64,000 nt of DNA from NCBI GenBank assembly GCA_951406725.2, contig OX597834.1, positions 8,308,001 to 8,372,000 on the forward strand, in the 5' to 3' direction. The notes under the pieces were generated by a model. It searched no databases. It was given only the letters and a program-made list of their open reading frames with translations, and was not told the DNA's origin. Made by a program: the position numbers and the translations under genes. The DNA comes from Octopus vulgaris. Its lineage: Eukaryota. Shown here in pieces: positions 40,994-55,221 of the stretch. The number at the start of each line of letters is the position of its first letter. Position 1 is the stretch's first letter.

Positions 40994-41410
40994 GGCGCAG
41001 GAGTGGCTGTGTGGTAAGTAGCTTGCTAACCAGCCACATGTTTCCGGGTTCAGTACCACTGCGTGGCATCTTGGGCAAGTGTCTTCGGCAAGTTCTGCTA
41101 AAGTCCCGGGCCGACCAATGCCTTGTGAGTGGATTTGGTATACGGAAACTGAAAGAAGCCTGTCGTATATATGTATATATATATATATGTGTGTGTGTTT
41201 GTATGTCTGTGTTTGTTCCCGTAGCATTGCATGACAATCGATGCTGGTGTGTTTACGTCCCCGTCACTTAGCGGTTCTGCAAAAGAGACCGATAGAATAA
41301 GTATTGGGCTTACAAAGAATAAGTCCCGGGGGTCGATTTGCTCGACAGAAGGCGGTGCTCCAGCATGGCCGCAGTCAAATGACTGAAACAATAAAAAGAG
41401 TGACAAAAGA
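40994..41410 (+). mobile_element. SINE-B, full length, TA-flanked
   Basis: Near-identical to the 10355 copy. Confidence 0.93.
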
Positions 41411-41493
41411 TATATATATATATATATACAAATAGTAATGCAATACGAGAGTATTGCTTTCCAGTAAAGAATAGCCCGTGTACCATATATTTA

Positions 41494-41600
<107 letters not shown>

Positions 41601-42213
41601 TAATGTAGAATAACGTACATTTGTGAGGAGAAGGTTAAAATTGAAAAATACCAAGAAACTGCGTTGAGTTAGAAATAAAGCAGTGGAAGTGAGACACAGA
41701 AATGTAACAATATACAAAATAAATGCCGCCTTTTATACACTTCTTTGTTCAGCTTGGAGGAAAGATAATATAATGTAATTTCAAATACGCTTGGTCTTTT
41801 TATTTTTATTTTGAAACATATATTTGTCGTGTTTTTAAATATATGCAACATACAAAGAAACATACATCATGAAACACGACGAAAAATCCCTTGGCAATTT
41901 TTTTTCCGAAAAAACATTCAAATATCTCATGTTTTTAATGGCAACATAATGCATAAGTATATGTCTCTCTTTGTCTTTGTACTGAGTTTAATTCAATGCA
42001 ATTTCGGGAATTGGTAAAGAAAACTAGGAGACAAAACAATAGTATGTAGGAGTTATATTTTTCCAAATAAAATCTAAATAAATCACATTTTTAAAAACTG
42101 CAGCCCATGTCGCTGATATATTTATCACGTTTTGTTTTGCAGTTTCTCTTCAATTTTAAGTATATAACGGAAAAAAAATGCGATTGTTTTCTATGCAAAA
42201 ATATTTTGCATGA

Positions 42214-42334
42214 ATAAAAGAATTTAAACTAAAAGTATATATATATACATATATATTTGTTTCTATACATATACATAAAAGAATTTAAACTAAAAGTATA
42301 TATATACATATATATTTGTTTCTATACATATATA
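42214..42334. repeat. ~60-bp tandem duplication
   Basis: ataaaagaatttaaactaaaagtata..tttgtttctatacatata occurs twice. Confidence 0.9.
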
Positions 42335-42949
42335 TAAATAATCATACAACCATACACACACATATCTATATTTATAGATATAAAACAAACATATCCAGAA
42401 AACTTTAGTCTGCTGAAAACACTAAAATGCTAACGACCAACATGACAATAAAGCGAAGAATATTTCAATGGATTCCATCAACGTTAAATTGAAAATAACA
42501 CTTTTGTATTATACAGGTCACAAGGCAATATGTAACTTTACGTCAGCGAGATTACATGCACAATAAAATGATTCTTTTGCAGACATTTCTGTTTTATTTA
42601 TGTATGGCATTTCAAATCTAGAAGAAAGAAAAATGATATTTAACGATTTAGCAATGTATGTCCTTTTAGATATAGTTCTAGGCATTGGATTACCATCAAC
42701 ATCTTCTGCTTCTTTTATCTTTGAAGAAGTCTATGAGTGAAGTACTCAACTACCAGGGGTGTCTATTTTGAGTCTAGATAATCCCCCTTTCTCTCTCATC
42801 TCCTCTCTCCCTCTCGGTCTCTAAATTGGCTACTTTGCATCGCGTGGAGAATGATTGGACGGCATGTGCACAGAAAAGATTTTGAGGGACTGCTCGATAT
42901 ATAGTGAAAAATGGGAAAACATTTTTCAAATAATCCTTCCATTAAGGGT

Positions 42950-43140
42950 GAAAGGGCTGAAATTTTTGTGGGGTGAGACTAGCCGATTACATTATCTAAG
43001 TGCTCAACTGGGACTTACTTTATCTTCAACGAAACGATGGAAGTAAATTGGAGCTCGGTGGCATTTGAAGTCTGATCGTGAAATCGGACTAAATACCACT
43101 GTATATTTTGTCCCACGTCCTAAGGATTACAACAGCACAT
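42950..43140 (-). mobile_element. SINE-A (type-2), old
   Basis: gctgaaatttttgtggggtgagactagccgattacat..ctcggtggcatttgaagtc. Confidence 0.65.
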
Positions 43141-43499
43141 TTCATTGGGTATAGCAAATAATAAAGAACAGGAAACAGGATCTAGACGAAATGTAGTCAT
43201 GGTTTTCTTTAATCTGGCGAAAACCGTTTTTGAGGAGCCTGGAGAATACAATTCATATGTCCATGATCATTCGCTAATTTTGTTCAATATAGACGATCCC
43301 GGATCATTTTATTCGATGTGTCGTCTTTTCTGTCTGTAAATGATTAAGGTGTGCTTATTGATACGATTGGCTGTCATTTCTACTAGATCAAACCACACAT
43401 GGTAGCTTTCATGCTTCCTCGTTCTGTGAATTATGATCAATGAAGATAATTGATACCTTACAATGGAATCTATCTTTGCGTATAGGCATATTTCGTATT

Positions 43500-43868
43500 T
43501 ATTTTTTTATTTTATTTATTTTATCATATTTTATTTTATGTAGTTTCAGCTCACGAGCTGTGGCCATGCTGGGGCACCGCCATTTGGTGGTGCTACATGA
43601 TTTTAATTCACGAATGCTTTTTAGCAATTGCAATTTGGTGCATGAGAGAGTTCGATGCAGCTGCCTTCATCTGCACCTCCTGTCGTGAAGTTGGTTCATC
43701 TGGGACACCTGACAGGAAGAGATCCACTTTTATTTTAAAGACATCTGCATCCACCCCATGCAGGTCTCTCAGGTTCTTCGGGAGGATATTAAAGAGCTGT
43801 GGGCCTCTGGAGCCCAGGCTATCACAGTATCTTTTCCTACATCTTGATAGCAAATTTGGAGTCCTTGG
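43500..43868 (-). mobile_element. 5'-truncated CR1-group LINE (ORF2 C-terminus, 3' UTR and (ATAAA)n tail)
   Basis: RGPQLFNILPKNLRDLHGVDADVFKIKVDLFLSGVPDEP..AASNSL matches the N.LP...FK..LD pattern of CR1/L2-group ORF2 ends. Confidence 0.85.
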
Positions 43869-44112
43869 TTCTAAGTTCCTGGCATCGTAGATTGTGCTCC
43901 TGCATCTATATATTCTAAGAATAACACATTGCATTGTTCACATCCATGTGAGTTACATTCGCGCCAATGAGCATTTCAGATTATACAGGTTAACATAGCT
44001 TTGGGACAGCTACCAGTTATTAAAGTGCTATCGACATACAACGTCAATGAAGGCTGCTTCTATATTGACGCGCTGTAACGACTCAAACACACAGGAGTTG
44101 AAATGCATACAT

Positions 44113-44552
44113 ATTCTCTTTTTTACTCTTTTTACTTGTTTCAGTCATGTGACTGTGGCCATGCTGGAGCTCAGCCTTTAGTCGAGCAAATCGACCCCAG
44201 GACTTTGTAAGCCTAGTACTCATTCTATTGGTTGCATTTGCCGAACCGCTAAGTTACGAGGAAGTAAACACATCAGCATCGGTTTCAAGCGATGTTGAGG
44301 GGACAAACACAGACACACAAACATATATACACACATAAACACACGCACACACACACACACACACACACAGACACACACGCACATATATATATATATACAT
44401 ATACATATATAGGCTTCTTTCAGTTTCCCTCTACCAAATCCACTGACAAGGCTTTGGTCGGTCCCAGGCTATAATAGAAAACACTTGCCTAACGTGCCAC
44501 GCAGTGGGACTGAACCCGGAACTATGTGTTTCATAAGCAAGTTACTTACCAC
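44113..44552 (-). mobile_element. SINE-B
   Basis: Reverse complement of the consensus; expanded internal (CA)n. Confidence 0.9.
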
Positions 44553-44669
44553 ATATATGTGTGTGTGATAAATCTTATTTCTACTCCTAGAAAAATGCAT
44601 GAAGGAAGGGAAATTATCTTTGTTCGTCATCGTATAAGATTAGTTATCCTAATATGCCGTAGTAGTGGA

Positions 44670-44858
44670 ATATCCTTTCTACTTTATGCACAGGGCCTGA
44701 AATTTGGGAGAGGGGGATAGTCGATCTCATCGACCCCAGTACCCAGCTAGTGCTTATTTTATCGATCTCGAAAGGATGAAAGGCAAAGTCGAACCCGTCG
44801 GAATTTGAACTCAGAGCATAACTACATACGAAATGCCGCTAGGCATTTTGCCCGGCGT
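44670..44858 (-). mobile_element. SINE-A (type-2 tail)
   Basis: gaaaggatgaaaggcaaagtcgaacccgtcggaatttgaactcag. Confidence 0.88.
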
Positions 44859-45144
44859 GGAATATGTAATGTTGAAAATAGAACGAGATGTTGTGCAGCG
44901 AAATGTTAGACTGGAATTAGCTAAAGTGTGCTTGCACAACAGAACATAGTGTTTGAAGAAGCCAAGTATTCATTCAATGAGAAGAATTAGGCTGCACGTC
45001 AATAGATAACACAGGAGTAAAACAAAGAATGTTCTTTGAGATCAATACGTAAAGTTTGGAATGAGTCGAGATCTGTTACTAGAGCAGAAGTTAATGCTTT
45101 CGAAATTTAAATTATAATAGTACAATATAATGAAACTTAGCAGT

Positions 45145-45532
45145 GGTGGAAGCACTCCGTCGGTTACGACGATGAGGGTTCCGTTTGATCCGATCAACGG
45201 AACAGCCTACTCGTGAAATTAACGTGTAAGTGGCTGAGCACTCCACAGGACACGTGTATCCTTAACGTAGTTCTCGGGGATATTCAGAGTGACACAGAGA
45301 GTGACAAGGCCGGTCCTTTGAAATACAGGTACAACAGAAACAAGAAGTAAGAGTGAGAGAAAGTTGTAGTGAAAGAGTACAGCAGGGATCACCACCATCC
45401 CCTGCCGGAGCCTCGTGGAGCTTTTAGGTGTTTTCGCTCAATAAACACTCACAACGCGCGGTCTGGGAATCGAAGCCGCGATCCTACGACCGCGAGTCCG
45501 CTGCCCTAACCACTGGGCCATTGCGCCCCCAC
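45145..45532 (-). mobile_element. SINE-C (tail X), full length
   Basis: TSD aaac(t/g)tagcagt at 45133-44 and 45535-46. Confidence 0.95.
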
Positions 45533-46178
45533 ATAAACGTAGCAGTAAACAAAATCGGAACAAAGTTTCAACTGCCATACGAAGCCTTTGACAAACTTAT
45601 TTCCGTCATGGCGATATTACTTCTTTTTATTTAAAACACAAAATATTGACTGCCTTCTGTTGCAGTTCATGTTTCACAATCTCGCCTTCGTTTTGCTCTT
45701 AGAAGTGGGTCATCAGTGATACTTACTGTTGCTACAGTTTTCATTGTAGCACTGCCATGAACGAAATGTAATGGCAATCTCAACAAAGAAATTATTACAG
45801 GCACGTTGTTGTTATTGCTGTTGATGTTTTATAGGCCCATGTCAATCTAATAAGGCAGGCAGACGACAAGGGTGTTCTAGCTACGAACGTCCTAAAATGC
45901 TACCTATTTTCGTCTTTACTTTTCTTGAAACAATTTTCAATCAAAGTTATATGTAATCGTTGTTTCTTGTCAGCTAAAAGACATAAAACACCACTGATTG
46001 ACGTGAATATTGGTAGACCATTTCCGTGAAGCAATAAAACGAACAATTTCGTGAGTCACAAAACCAAAATATCACACGTACTGAAGAATGCAAATGATTT
46101 TAAACCCCATGCGATTCTTGGGTCAAACACGTTTTGCTGAAACCTTAATAGTTAATGAAATAATCATGTATTTTCAAA

Positions 46179-46723
46179 TATGTATGTATGTTTGTATGAA
46201 TGTATGTATGTATGTATGTATGTATGTATGCATGTATGTATGTATGTATGTATGCATGTATGCATGTATGTATGCATGTATGTATGTATGTATGCATGCA
46301 TGTATGTATGTATGTATGTATGCATGTATGTATGTATGCATGTATGTATGTATGTATGCATGAATGTATGTATGTACGTATGTATGTATGTATGAATGTA
46401 TGTATGTGTGTATGTATGTATGTATGCATGTATGCATGTATGTATGTATGTATGTATGCATGTATGTATGTGTTCATGTATGTATGTATGTATGCATGAA
46501 TGTATGTATGTACGTATGTATGTATGTATGAATGTATGTATGTGTGTATGTGTGTATGTATGCATGTATGCATGTATGTATGTATGTATGCATGTATGTA
46601 TGTATGTATGCATGTATGCATGTATGTATGTATGTATGTATGTATGTATGTATGTAGGTATGTATGTATGTATGTATGTATGCATGTATGTATGTATGCA
46701 TGTATGTATGTATGTATGTATGC
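46179..46723 (-). repeat. (TATG)n microsatellite with TGCA variants, ~545 bp
   Basis: Read directly from the sequence. Confidence 0.98.
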
Positions 46724-46734
46724 ATTTCTCTAAT

Positions 46735-47560
46735 TTCGTCTAATTTCTCAAGATTGGTATTTAGGCAGTGTGTTACATATCCCAGGGCCCAAATAATTAC
46801 ATGTATAAACCTGAACTTGTAATGTGGATGGAGTAACTACAGATTTCTCAATAGTTCAGTGTAGGTGTTCTCTGTTTAACTGATCTTTAGCTTTATGTTA
46901 ACATCCCCAGAGCAGCTAGCTTACACAAGTGTACGCAGTTCCTCTTCTCTATCCCAAATTATTATATCAGGGCACTTGTGCTTACATTTTCTTGAGGTCT
47001 TTTCCACCAGTATTCCTTTCTATTATGAGTGGCTATGGCTTCTACCATACAGTGGGTTCTTATTTCTTCGTCCTTGGGGTTATACTTCCGACTGATTTTC
47101 ATTACTGAGTGCCGTTGCCACAGCATTATGTCTCATCGGTAGATTATACTGTGATGACATTTTCGGATAATTGCTTATGATGTGGGTGATAACTCCGGTA
47201 TTAACTCCACAAAGTCTGTTTTTCCTGCATGTCTTTCCCTTTGCAAACGCTTACGTTTCAAATTGGGAGGTAATAATCCAGCTGTTGATCTATGGTAGAC
47301 TGCAATGATAATCAATGCTGATATGATCTCGAAGATTTCTGCTAATATATCCATGCATAGTCTTCTGCTCATATAGGCTCATCTTTTCATCTGATGATAA
47401 GTTGTGGTAGAGTCGGGCGACTTCTTTACGTATGTCCTCTAGATTATCAAAGGCTGTTGCTCTAAACCTCATGATGTTATCAAGCTCGTATATGGTTGTG
47501 TAATAAGCTAATGAAAGATTCATTATGACTCTAGCTCCAAAATCCATAACAATGGAATTG
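46735..47560 (-). pseudogene. Dong/R4-clade LINE fragment (post-RT region, CCHC knuckle, REL endonuclease), degraded
   Basis: Manual minus-strand translation gives K.MHG; LCGVN...THIISN.PKMS..LPMRH.AVA; KHKCPDIIIWDREE..V*.SC..DVNI..TY.ELLRNL; VII.ALG, with stops and frameshifts. Confidence 0.85.
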
Positions 47561-47721
47561 CACGGCAACGGGAAGTCATGGGAGTCCTCGAAAACAGCGA
47601 CCAAAAAATATATTAGTGCTGTATAACCCATTGCTTCATTCTTGAGTGTCTCGAGAAACATGCGTTTAGTTTTTCGGTAAGTGGGAACTTTTTAATCAAC
47701 CCCTATTGATGCATTATATTA

Positions 47722-47870
47722 CGTTGTCCCAAAAGTTCGTAAACACTTGCGAAAATTGAATTTTTACTCGCCAAGTACTAACAAAAACAACAAAAATTAT
47801 TCCTCAAAATAAAGACCATTATTTTCCAAGACTTTCTACGATCTTTTGGGACAACCTTATAGTTAGTCTA
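47722..47870 (-). mobile_element. mariner 3' remnant
   Basis: Minus strand PKRS*KVLENNGLYFEE*, resembling a mariner C-terminus; TIR-like ta|cgttgtcccaaaagt. Confidence 0.6.
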
Positions 47871-49421
47871 CTGATAGAGCTTGGTGATTCTGGCCGTTGA
47901 TCTAGGATTTCTCCGCTCAACATCAGTGTAATTAGTACTGTTGCCTCTTTAGTTATCTCTTCACAATCTGCCATGCAGCAGCCCTATGACTTTGTCATAT
48001 CCCTGCTGAACGGGTGTTACGCGTTATCAAAGAACAGTCCGTAGATACGCTGGACACGGCTGTCACTCCTTCGAGCATTTTCAAAATACTCGCGTACACA
48101 GATAATTAACGAAGTAATCTATTAAAATATTGCAATTATTAAAACTACAGAACAACAGAATAACATCGATTGTCATGCAGTTATTGGAGCAGAGTGTACT
48201 TTAATAACTATAATGATTAGATAGAGACTGATTCTATTACATAGGTAAGTAGCTTTTAGAAAAGCAAGAATCTTGAAACCCCTTATTTAACATTTCTATC
48301 TATTTTACGAATCATCTTCGTTGAATAAATACATACATAAGATGACTATTTACGTGGTCGATCGAACAAATAGAATTGGCAATGAATTCCCGTTCAAGGT
48401 GCACCTTAGATTCATAGAAAATCGGACGCAGCAGATTATGTCGAGTGAGTTATCATTTAATACAATGGCTGATCATATGTCAACTTGATCAGGAGCGGCC
48501 TGTCGCTAAACGATATAAACTGAAATAATTCTTAAGGGACAATCTTCGTGAAGATTTATCGAATTTGCTTAAAACCTTAGGCTGAAAATTCCAGTTTAGA
48601 AAGATACCTTTGTATATGGCAAAGGGCCGTGTGTCTTATGACCCTTTAGTAAGAAAGTATTCGTTGGCAGTATATCAACGTTCCTTGCCAAAATCGAGAG
48701 CAGACGAACAGAATGCAGCGAAACTTAAGTTATATTATGATTTATTTATTATATCACATATATAATAAAGCATTAGTGTCTTTTTGAAATAATAAATTCA
48801 CTTTATTTTGACACAAATTTATCTGTTTGTTCCTGGTTTACGAACGTACATCAATTCATTTATCGACTATCTATACATACATCTTGTTCTGTGTCTCGCT
48901 CTACCCATCATACGTGTATAGTTATGTATATTCTTACATATGTGCTTGCGTGTTTGCGCATAAATATATGCGCACGAGCATGTATAAATCTATGATGTAC
49001 ATGGGTACATATGTGTGTGTTATGTATTTATATTTCTATACCTACTAAATTACATTCGTCATAGAAACGATCAATAAAGGTCTTGCAACAGCGTAAGAGT
49101 GTAAAGGTTACTAGATTAATATTTGTAAGAGGACTGTATTTACGCGTGAGCAGCATTTAAACTATATTTAGTCAGTTCTATGAAAATAGGCAACAAGTCT
49201 ATATCGAAATCGTTTGTTGGCCAGCCCTGTATTGCGCCACAGAGTCGTTTAATGCGTAAGTGGTGCTGCAAATATTGGTACCAACCTATAGAAAATCACA
49301 TACATTAATACACACACACACACATATATATATATATGCACGTGTGTTCGTATGTATAGGTATATATATATATATATATATATATGCACGTGTGTGTGCG
49401 TATGTATGGTATATACCTCTG

Positions 49422-49461
<40 letters not shown>

Positions 49462-49501
49462 AGCGTGTGTGCGTGTGTGTGTGAATATATATGTATATAC
49501 G

Positions 49502-49554
<53 letters not shown>

Positions 49555-49556
<2 letters not shown>

Positions 49557-49752
49557 GGAAAGTTTACCAAAATAGACCAAAGACGAATGACAGGTGGTGT
49601 ACAAAACAAACAGAGGTATTAGTATAGCGCTCAGGAATAGAAAAAAGTATTTTACGTTTCGAGCCTACGCTCTTCTACAGAAAGGGACACAGAAAAAACA
49701 AGGAGAGAAATAAGGAAAGAAAAAAATCTCTGTAGTGGCTAACGATCTATCA
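49555..49752 (-). mobile_element. second copy of PLE-like element P1
   Basis: tttacgtttcgagcctacgctcttctacagaaagggacacag: same core as 26046-26081; the 3' end lies in (TA)n. Confidence 0.72.
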
Positions 49753-50075
49753 GACACAGGAGTGGCTGTGTGGTAAGGTGCTTGCTTCTCAACCACATAG
49801 TTACGGGCTCGGTCCCACTGCGGGGAACCTTGGGCAAGTGTCTTGTACTATAGCCTGCGTGTTTGTGCGTGCGTGTATTGAGTGTGCTTGTGTTCCACAT
49901 CTGCTTCACAACCGATTTTGGAATGTCTAATTCATTCCAAATTAACGTCTCGCAAAACAGACCGATGGAATAGGTACCAGGCTTTCAAAAATACATTTAC
50001 CTGTCGCGATTCATTCAACTAAACAAAAGTTCTCGGCATGGTGTCGCAGCCTAACAACTGAAACAAATATCAAAA
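49753..50075 (+). mobile_element. SINE-B, old, internally deleted
   Basis: caggagtggctgtgtggtaag..ccttgggcaagtgtctt..aactgaaacaa. Confidence 0.8.
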
Positions 50076-50504
50076 GAAAAACAAAAAGAAAAAATTAAAG
50101 AATACAATATAATTTATCACAGCTCGTTAGATTATGAAAAAACAACAAAAATTGCAAGAATTCCGAAAATCACAACAGCAACAACAAATGTAAATAAGAA
50201 AATAAAAGGCATAACAAAATTCCTGTTTTGAAAGTTCTTTATAGAAATACTTCAGTAATATCTTCGTATCAGCACAAATAGTGAACAGGATAAAGTGCTC
50301 CGGGATAAATTACAACACCCCACCCTCCTGACATACATTTATCATACATAATATTAGCGTACACACATATTTTAGTATGTCTATTTGTGGGTATAATACA
50401 TAAGTGTATTCTGTTTCTGAGTGTGTATACATATATATGTGTGTGTATAAACATACATATGTATGTATATGTATATATATATATGTATACATATAATATA
50501 TATG

Positions 50505-50571
<67 letters not shown>

Positions 50572-50624
50572 TATATATATAATATATATGTATATATATA
50601 TAATTTATATGTATATATATATTA

Positions 50625-51040
50625 GGCGCAGGAGTGGCTGTATGGTAAGTAGCTTGTTTACTAACCACGTGGTTCCGGGTTCAGTCCCACTGCGTGGTAC
50701 CTTGGGCAAGTATCTTCTACTATAGCCTCGGGACGACCAAAGCCTAGTGAGTGGATTTGGTAGACGGAAACTGAAAGAAGCCCGTCGTGTATATGTATAT
50801 ATATGTATATGCGTGTATGTTTGTGTGTCTGTGTTTGTCCCCCTAGCTTTGCCTGACAACCGATGCTGGTGTGTTTATGTCCTCGTCATCTAGCGTTTCG
50901 GCAAAAAGAGACCGATAGAATAAGTACTGAGCTTACAAAGAATAATTCCCGGGGTCGTGTTGCTCGATTAAAGGCGTCGCTCCAGCATGGCCGCAGTCAA
51001 AATGACTGAAACAAGTAAAAAAGAGAAAAAGAGAAAGAGA
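50625..51040 (+). mobile_element. SINE-B, full length, in (TA)n
   Basis: Near consensus. Confidence 0.93.
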
Positions 51041-51632
51041 TATAATATATACGCATATATATGTATATATATATATATATATATACATAGGTGTGTGTGT
51101 GTTTATGGATGTGAAAGAGAGAGCGCGTGCGCACCTAAGTGCATACTTAACCATATTTACCCGCGTAAACATGTATGTGCATCAGTATACATCAATGTGT
51201 ATGTGTAAGATTTTTATATATACACACGTATATATATAGATATATATGTATAAGCGTTTGTACGTATGTATATGTATATTAGTGTAACACCCTAAATATA
51301 CTCATACAGTTTTAGATACATATATACATGCAATATAAACACATTTGCCTCAAGAATCTTGTCTGTATTGTATACGTGCATTTAGATGTAAAGTAAACTT
51401 TCAGAAGATGGTGGGAATGAGAAAAAAAAAACCCCCAAAAGAACAACAAAAAATGAAATATTTAACAGGGTGGTCTCTTTTTACCCTCGAGGTTTCAGCA
51501 ACCAGTGCTTAACCTACAAATAGCGTTGAGTAGGCTGCTGAAAAATTTTAAGAACAAACTAAGATTCTTCGCATCTGACCGATAACCTTTCTTCTCGATT
51601 TGCTTTTATAGTTAAGAGTATTTATTTGCCAG

Positions 51633-52258
51633 AGTTTATTGAAGGTCAAAAACACGTAGACAGGGAAAAATTACCCTCGTGGAATAAATAGTCTTACCTT
51701 ATACCGACTGGCATCTTTTAGAGTATTCTTACTGAAATCTGAACCAGTTCTTAACTGTGTTTTATGCTACATTTCTCTGATAAATTTTTCAACAATGCTT
51801 TTTTTTTTCTGTTATATATTTCTTTTGTTGTTGTTGCATTGTATTTAATGTTTTGTAAGTGTTGTGAATATACATGAGTTTCGTCTCTCTTTCTTCTCTT
51901 CGTGCTTCTTCGCTGTTTTTGCCCATTAATCTGGATATAATAATAATCTTCTATGAATACAGATAATGTGAAACACACACACACTCACACACACACACAA
52001 ACAAACACACAAACAAGCACACACACTCACAGACACCCACCACATATATATGTATATATATCTGTACGTATGCATGTAAGAATGTAAATATGTATATATA
52101 TATATGTGTATGTATGTATCTATCTATCTATCAATCTCTCTCTATATATATGTGTGCTTATATATATATATATATATACATATATATATACGTATGTATG
52201 TACGTATATATATATCTGTTTATATATATATATATATATATACATATATATATGCATG

Positions 52259-52339
<81 letters not shown>

Positions 52340-52883
52340 GTGTATGTTTGTGTGTCAGAGGACGTACATTATCAAACGTCTACGTCTCATATCAAAACAC
52401 AAGCAAATTTTTTCTTTCCTTTAGAGTATTTTCGTATAATGGTGAACACCAGCGTGAATGTCTATGAGACAATCAGTCGACGAATATCCGAGTGGATTGT
52501 ATTCATCTCTTAAGTACTGCCCTGTGTCAATGGTCAAGTGTGACTAATAATAAAGTGAATAGCAAAGTACGTGTTAACGGACTTAATGTGGCCAGCGCGG
52601 TAACTGCAATCAGTCGAGATTATACCCGTAACGGATAGAGGTAAATGTGCTAAATAAGAATTAATGTAAGACAAGTATGGGTGATAACTATACAGTCTTG
52701 TGCTTGTGTGTGTATATAAAGGTGTGTGAATATATATATATATGAGAAATGTAGAATAAAACACAGTTAAGAACTGGTTCAGACTTCAATAAGAATACTC
52801 TAAAAGATGCCAGTCGGTATAAGGTAAGACTATTCCACGAGGGTAATTTTCCTAGTCTACATGTTTTTGACCTTCAATAAACT
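51633..52883. repeat. pair of ~143-bp inverted repeats (51633-51777 and 52744-52883)
   Basis: gtcttaccttataccgactggcatcttttagagtattctt / aagaatactctaaaagatgccagtcggtataaggtaagac. Confidence 0.9.
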
Positions 52884-53840
52884 GTAGCATATACGCTGGA
52901 GTTGAACTAGGGACAGCTGATGAAGGGGATTTTTCCTTGCGTAGTTGTCTTGTACTCTGTTTTTTCGTTGTTAAAAAATGGTCCGTTCCATGCAGTTTTT
53001 ACTTTTTCGTTTCTCGTTGAGTTCTACGTCTATTTGTGGTTTCTTGTACACACGTATATATATTTATATATGCATGTATATATACATGTAGATGTAGGTA
53101 CGTACATATATGTTTGTATGTATACATATATTTTATTTATTACACTATTGTATGACTGAGCCCCCTCGCGTCGTTTCGATCCGATTCGTTTCGTTTCGTT
53201 TCGTTTCTCCTTCTTCTCTAAGCTGGTTTATATATATATATATATATATATATACTCACACGTATACACACGCACGCACACAAACACACACACGCACGCA
53301 CACACACAAGCACACACACAAGCACACACACACACACACACACATATACGAAATGTATCAGGTGTAGATCTAGAGATGGTGTGGCTATCACAGCAAGCTC
53401 CTCTTATGGACTCGGCTACCAGTCTGCAAAATTATCAATTACGAAGTATTTTAATGTACAGTCTCCAGCCATAAAATTCTGTGGGGAGGCACTACAAATT
53501 AGTACAATGAACCATAGGACTTGTGTCGCTGAGCCCTATGCCTTTCCCCATTTAGAACGCTTTTTATCGAACTCAGACGAGTTACATTTATACTGTCACA
53601 CTATTTTAAACAACATAATCCTGAAATATACTACATCTTTCATAAATGCTTTACTAAAATATACACTGCACAATGAAAAGCATTTCCCTGCCTCTTTTGC
53701 ATCAGTATTTTTAAGAAGTTGATTAGGCAGATAGCATTACTGAATTTGTCATATCGTTTTAGAAGAGTTTGTTATCTTGAGACATTCAGGTTAAAACACA
53801 GGGTACCGGGTAACGGTAGCTGTGTTTTAAGCTCAGTTCA

Positions 53841-54245
53841 GGTACAGGAGTGGCTGTGTGGTTAAGTAGCTTGCTTACCAACCACATATTTCCGGATTCA
53901 GTCCCACTGCGTGGCACCTTGGGCAAGTGTCTTCTACTATAACCTCGGGCCGACCAAAACCTGGTGGGTGGATTTGGTAGACGGAAACGGAAAGAAGCCC
54001 GTAGTATAACTGTATATATATGTGTGTGTGTTTGTGTGTCTGTTTTCACCCCACCCCCCAACATCGCTTGACAGCCGGTGCTGGTGTGTTTACGTCCTCG
54101 CAACTTAGCGGCTCGGCAAGGAAGACCGATAGAATAAGTACTAGGCTTACAAAGAATAAGTCCTGGGGTCGATTTGCTCGACTAAAGGCGGTGCTCCAGC
54201 ATGGCCGCAGTCACATGACTGAAACAAGTAAAAGAGTAGAAGAGT
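53841..54245 (+). mobile_element. SINE-B, full length
   Basis: Near consensus. Confidence 0.93.
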
Positions 54246-54939
54246 ACAAAAGTTCAATTCAGATGGCAAATCTCAATTTGGCAACGCGTTCTGTTTTTCT
54301 TGAAACTTGTAGTGTCACATGCACTTTTGAAGAGAAACTATTACCAAAGATCAGCCTCCATTGTTCATCTTCTTCATCTGCGCTACGTACAAAACATTAA
54401 GTTAACTTCATCATTGCATGTTAACGAGATATTCGTAAGATTTTTCTGTATTTACTGTGTTGTTTCTTCCTTCAACGGTAGATTGTATTTAGAAACTAAC
54501 ACAAGCACGTAGCAATGACAGGTGACATGGTACAAGACAATCAATCATCAGCGAAGTATTTCTTGATACTACTAATACTGTAGAATATACGAATGGGAAA
54601 TCATATCGTAGTCATTTAACCCTTTAAATGTTACATTCGACAGTTCCCTCATCAATTTTTACCGTCTTAAAAGTTAAAGACCATATAGGTTATGTAGGTA
54701 AAGATATGCAAAATAACATGTGGTCGAAATCGTTATATTTTCTTCTTGAGTTTTCTGCTCAACATTGCTTACCTAAAGGGAGACATCAGACAACACAAAC
54801 GTATGGCAAGAATAAGATCTCGGATGAGGTGTGTACAGATACACAACGTTTCCTTATTGTTCACTGAGTATAAGATGGGGAATGACAAGTGATGTCAGCC
54901 ATCCTTGGCAAGTTTACGGAATAACGAAAACCCGATAAT

Positions 54940-55216
54940 TGACAGGCTTCTTTCAGTCTCCGTCTACCAAATTCCCACGTAGAGCTTTAGTTAGTGCGCT
55001 ATGGTAGAAGACATATGTTCATCCTGCGAAATAGGATTAAATTAAACTAGCCAGATATTTACATCTTAATTGTAAATATATTTAAACGATATTTACATCG
55101 TTTAAATTAAATTTAATTAGATATGCCCCCCGAGATATCCTGTAATGATTGTGTCCAAGGTGGCATGCGTGTGGCTGGGAAGCAAGCTATCAGCGACACA
55201 TCATGACTGCGTCTAA
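54940..55216 (-). mobile_element. old SINE-B 5' half interrupted by a ~140-bp insert
   Basis: gacaggcttctttcagtctccgtctaccaaat..agaagaca|insert|ccaaggtg..gtggctgggaagcaagct. Confidence 0.7.
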
Positions 55217-55221
55217 GTATA

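Noticed and set aside
47290-47661. HMG-box-like segment (IRKEVARLYHNLSSDEK)
   Set aside because: It continues into K.MHG, a CCHC knuckle and REL endonuclease motifs, so it is part of a Dong/R4 retrotransposon relic.
52905-52945. cagctgatgaagggg as a hammerhead core
   Set aside because: No downstream stem II closure or GAAA.
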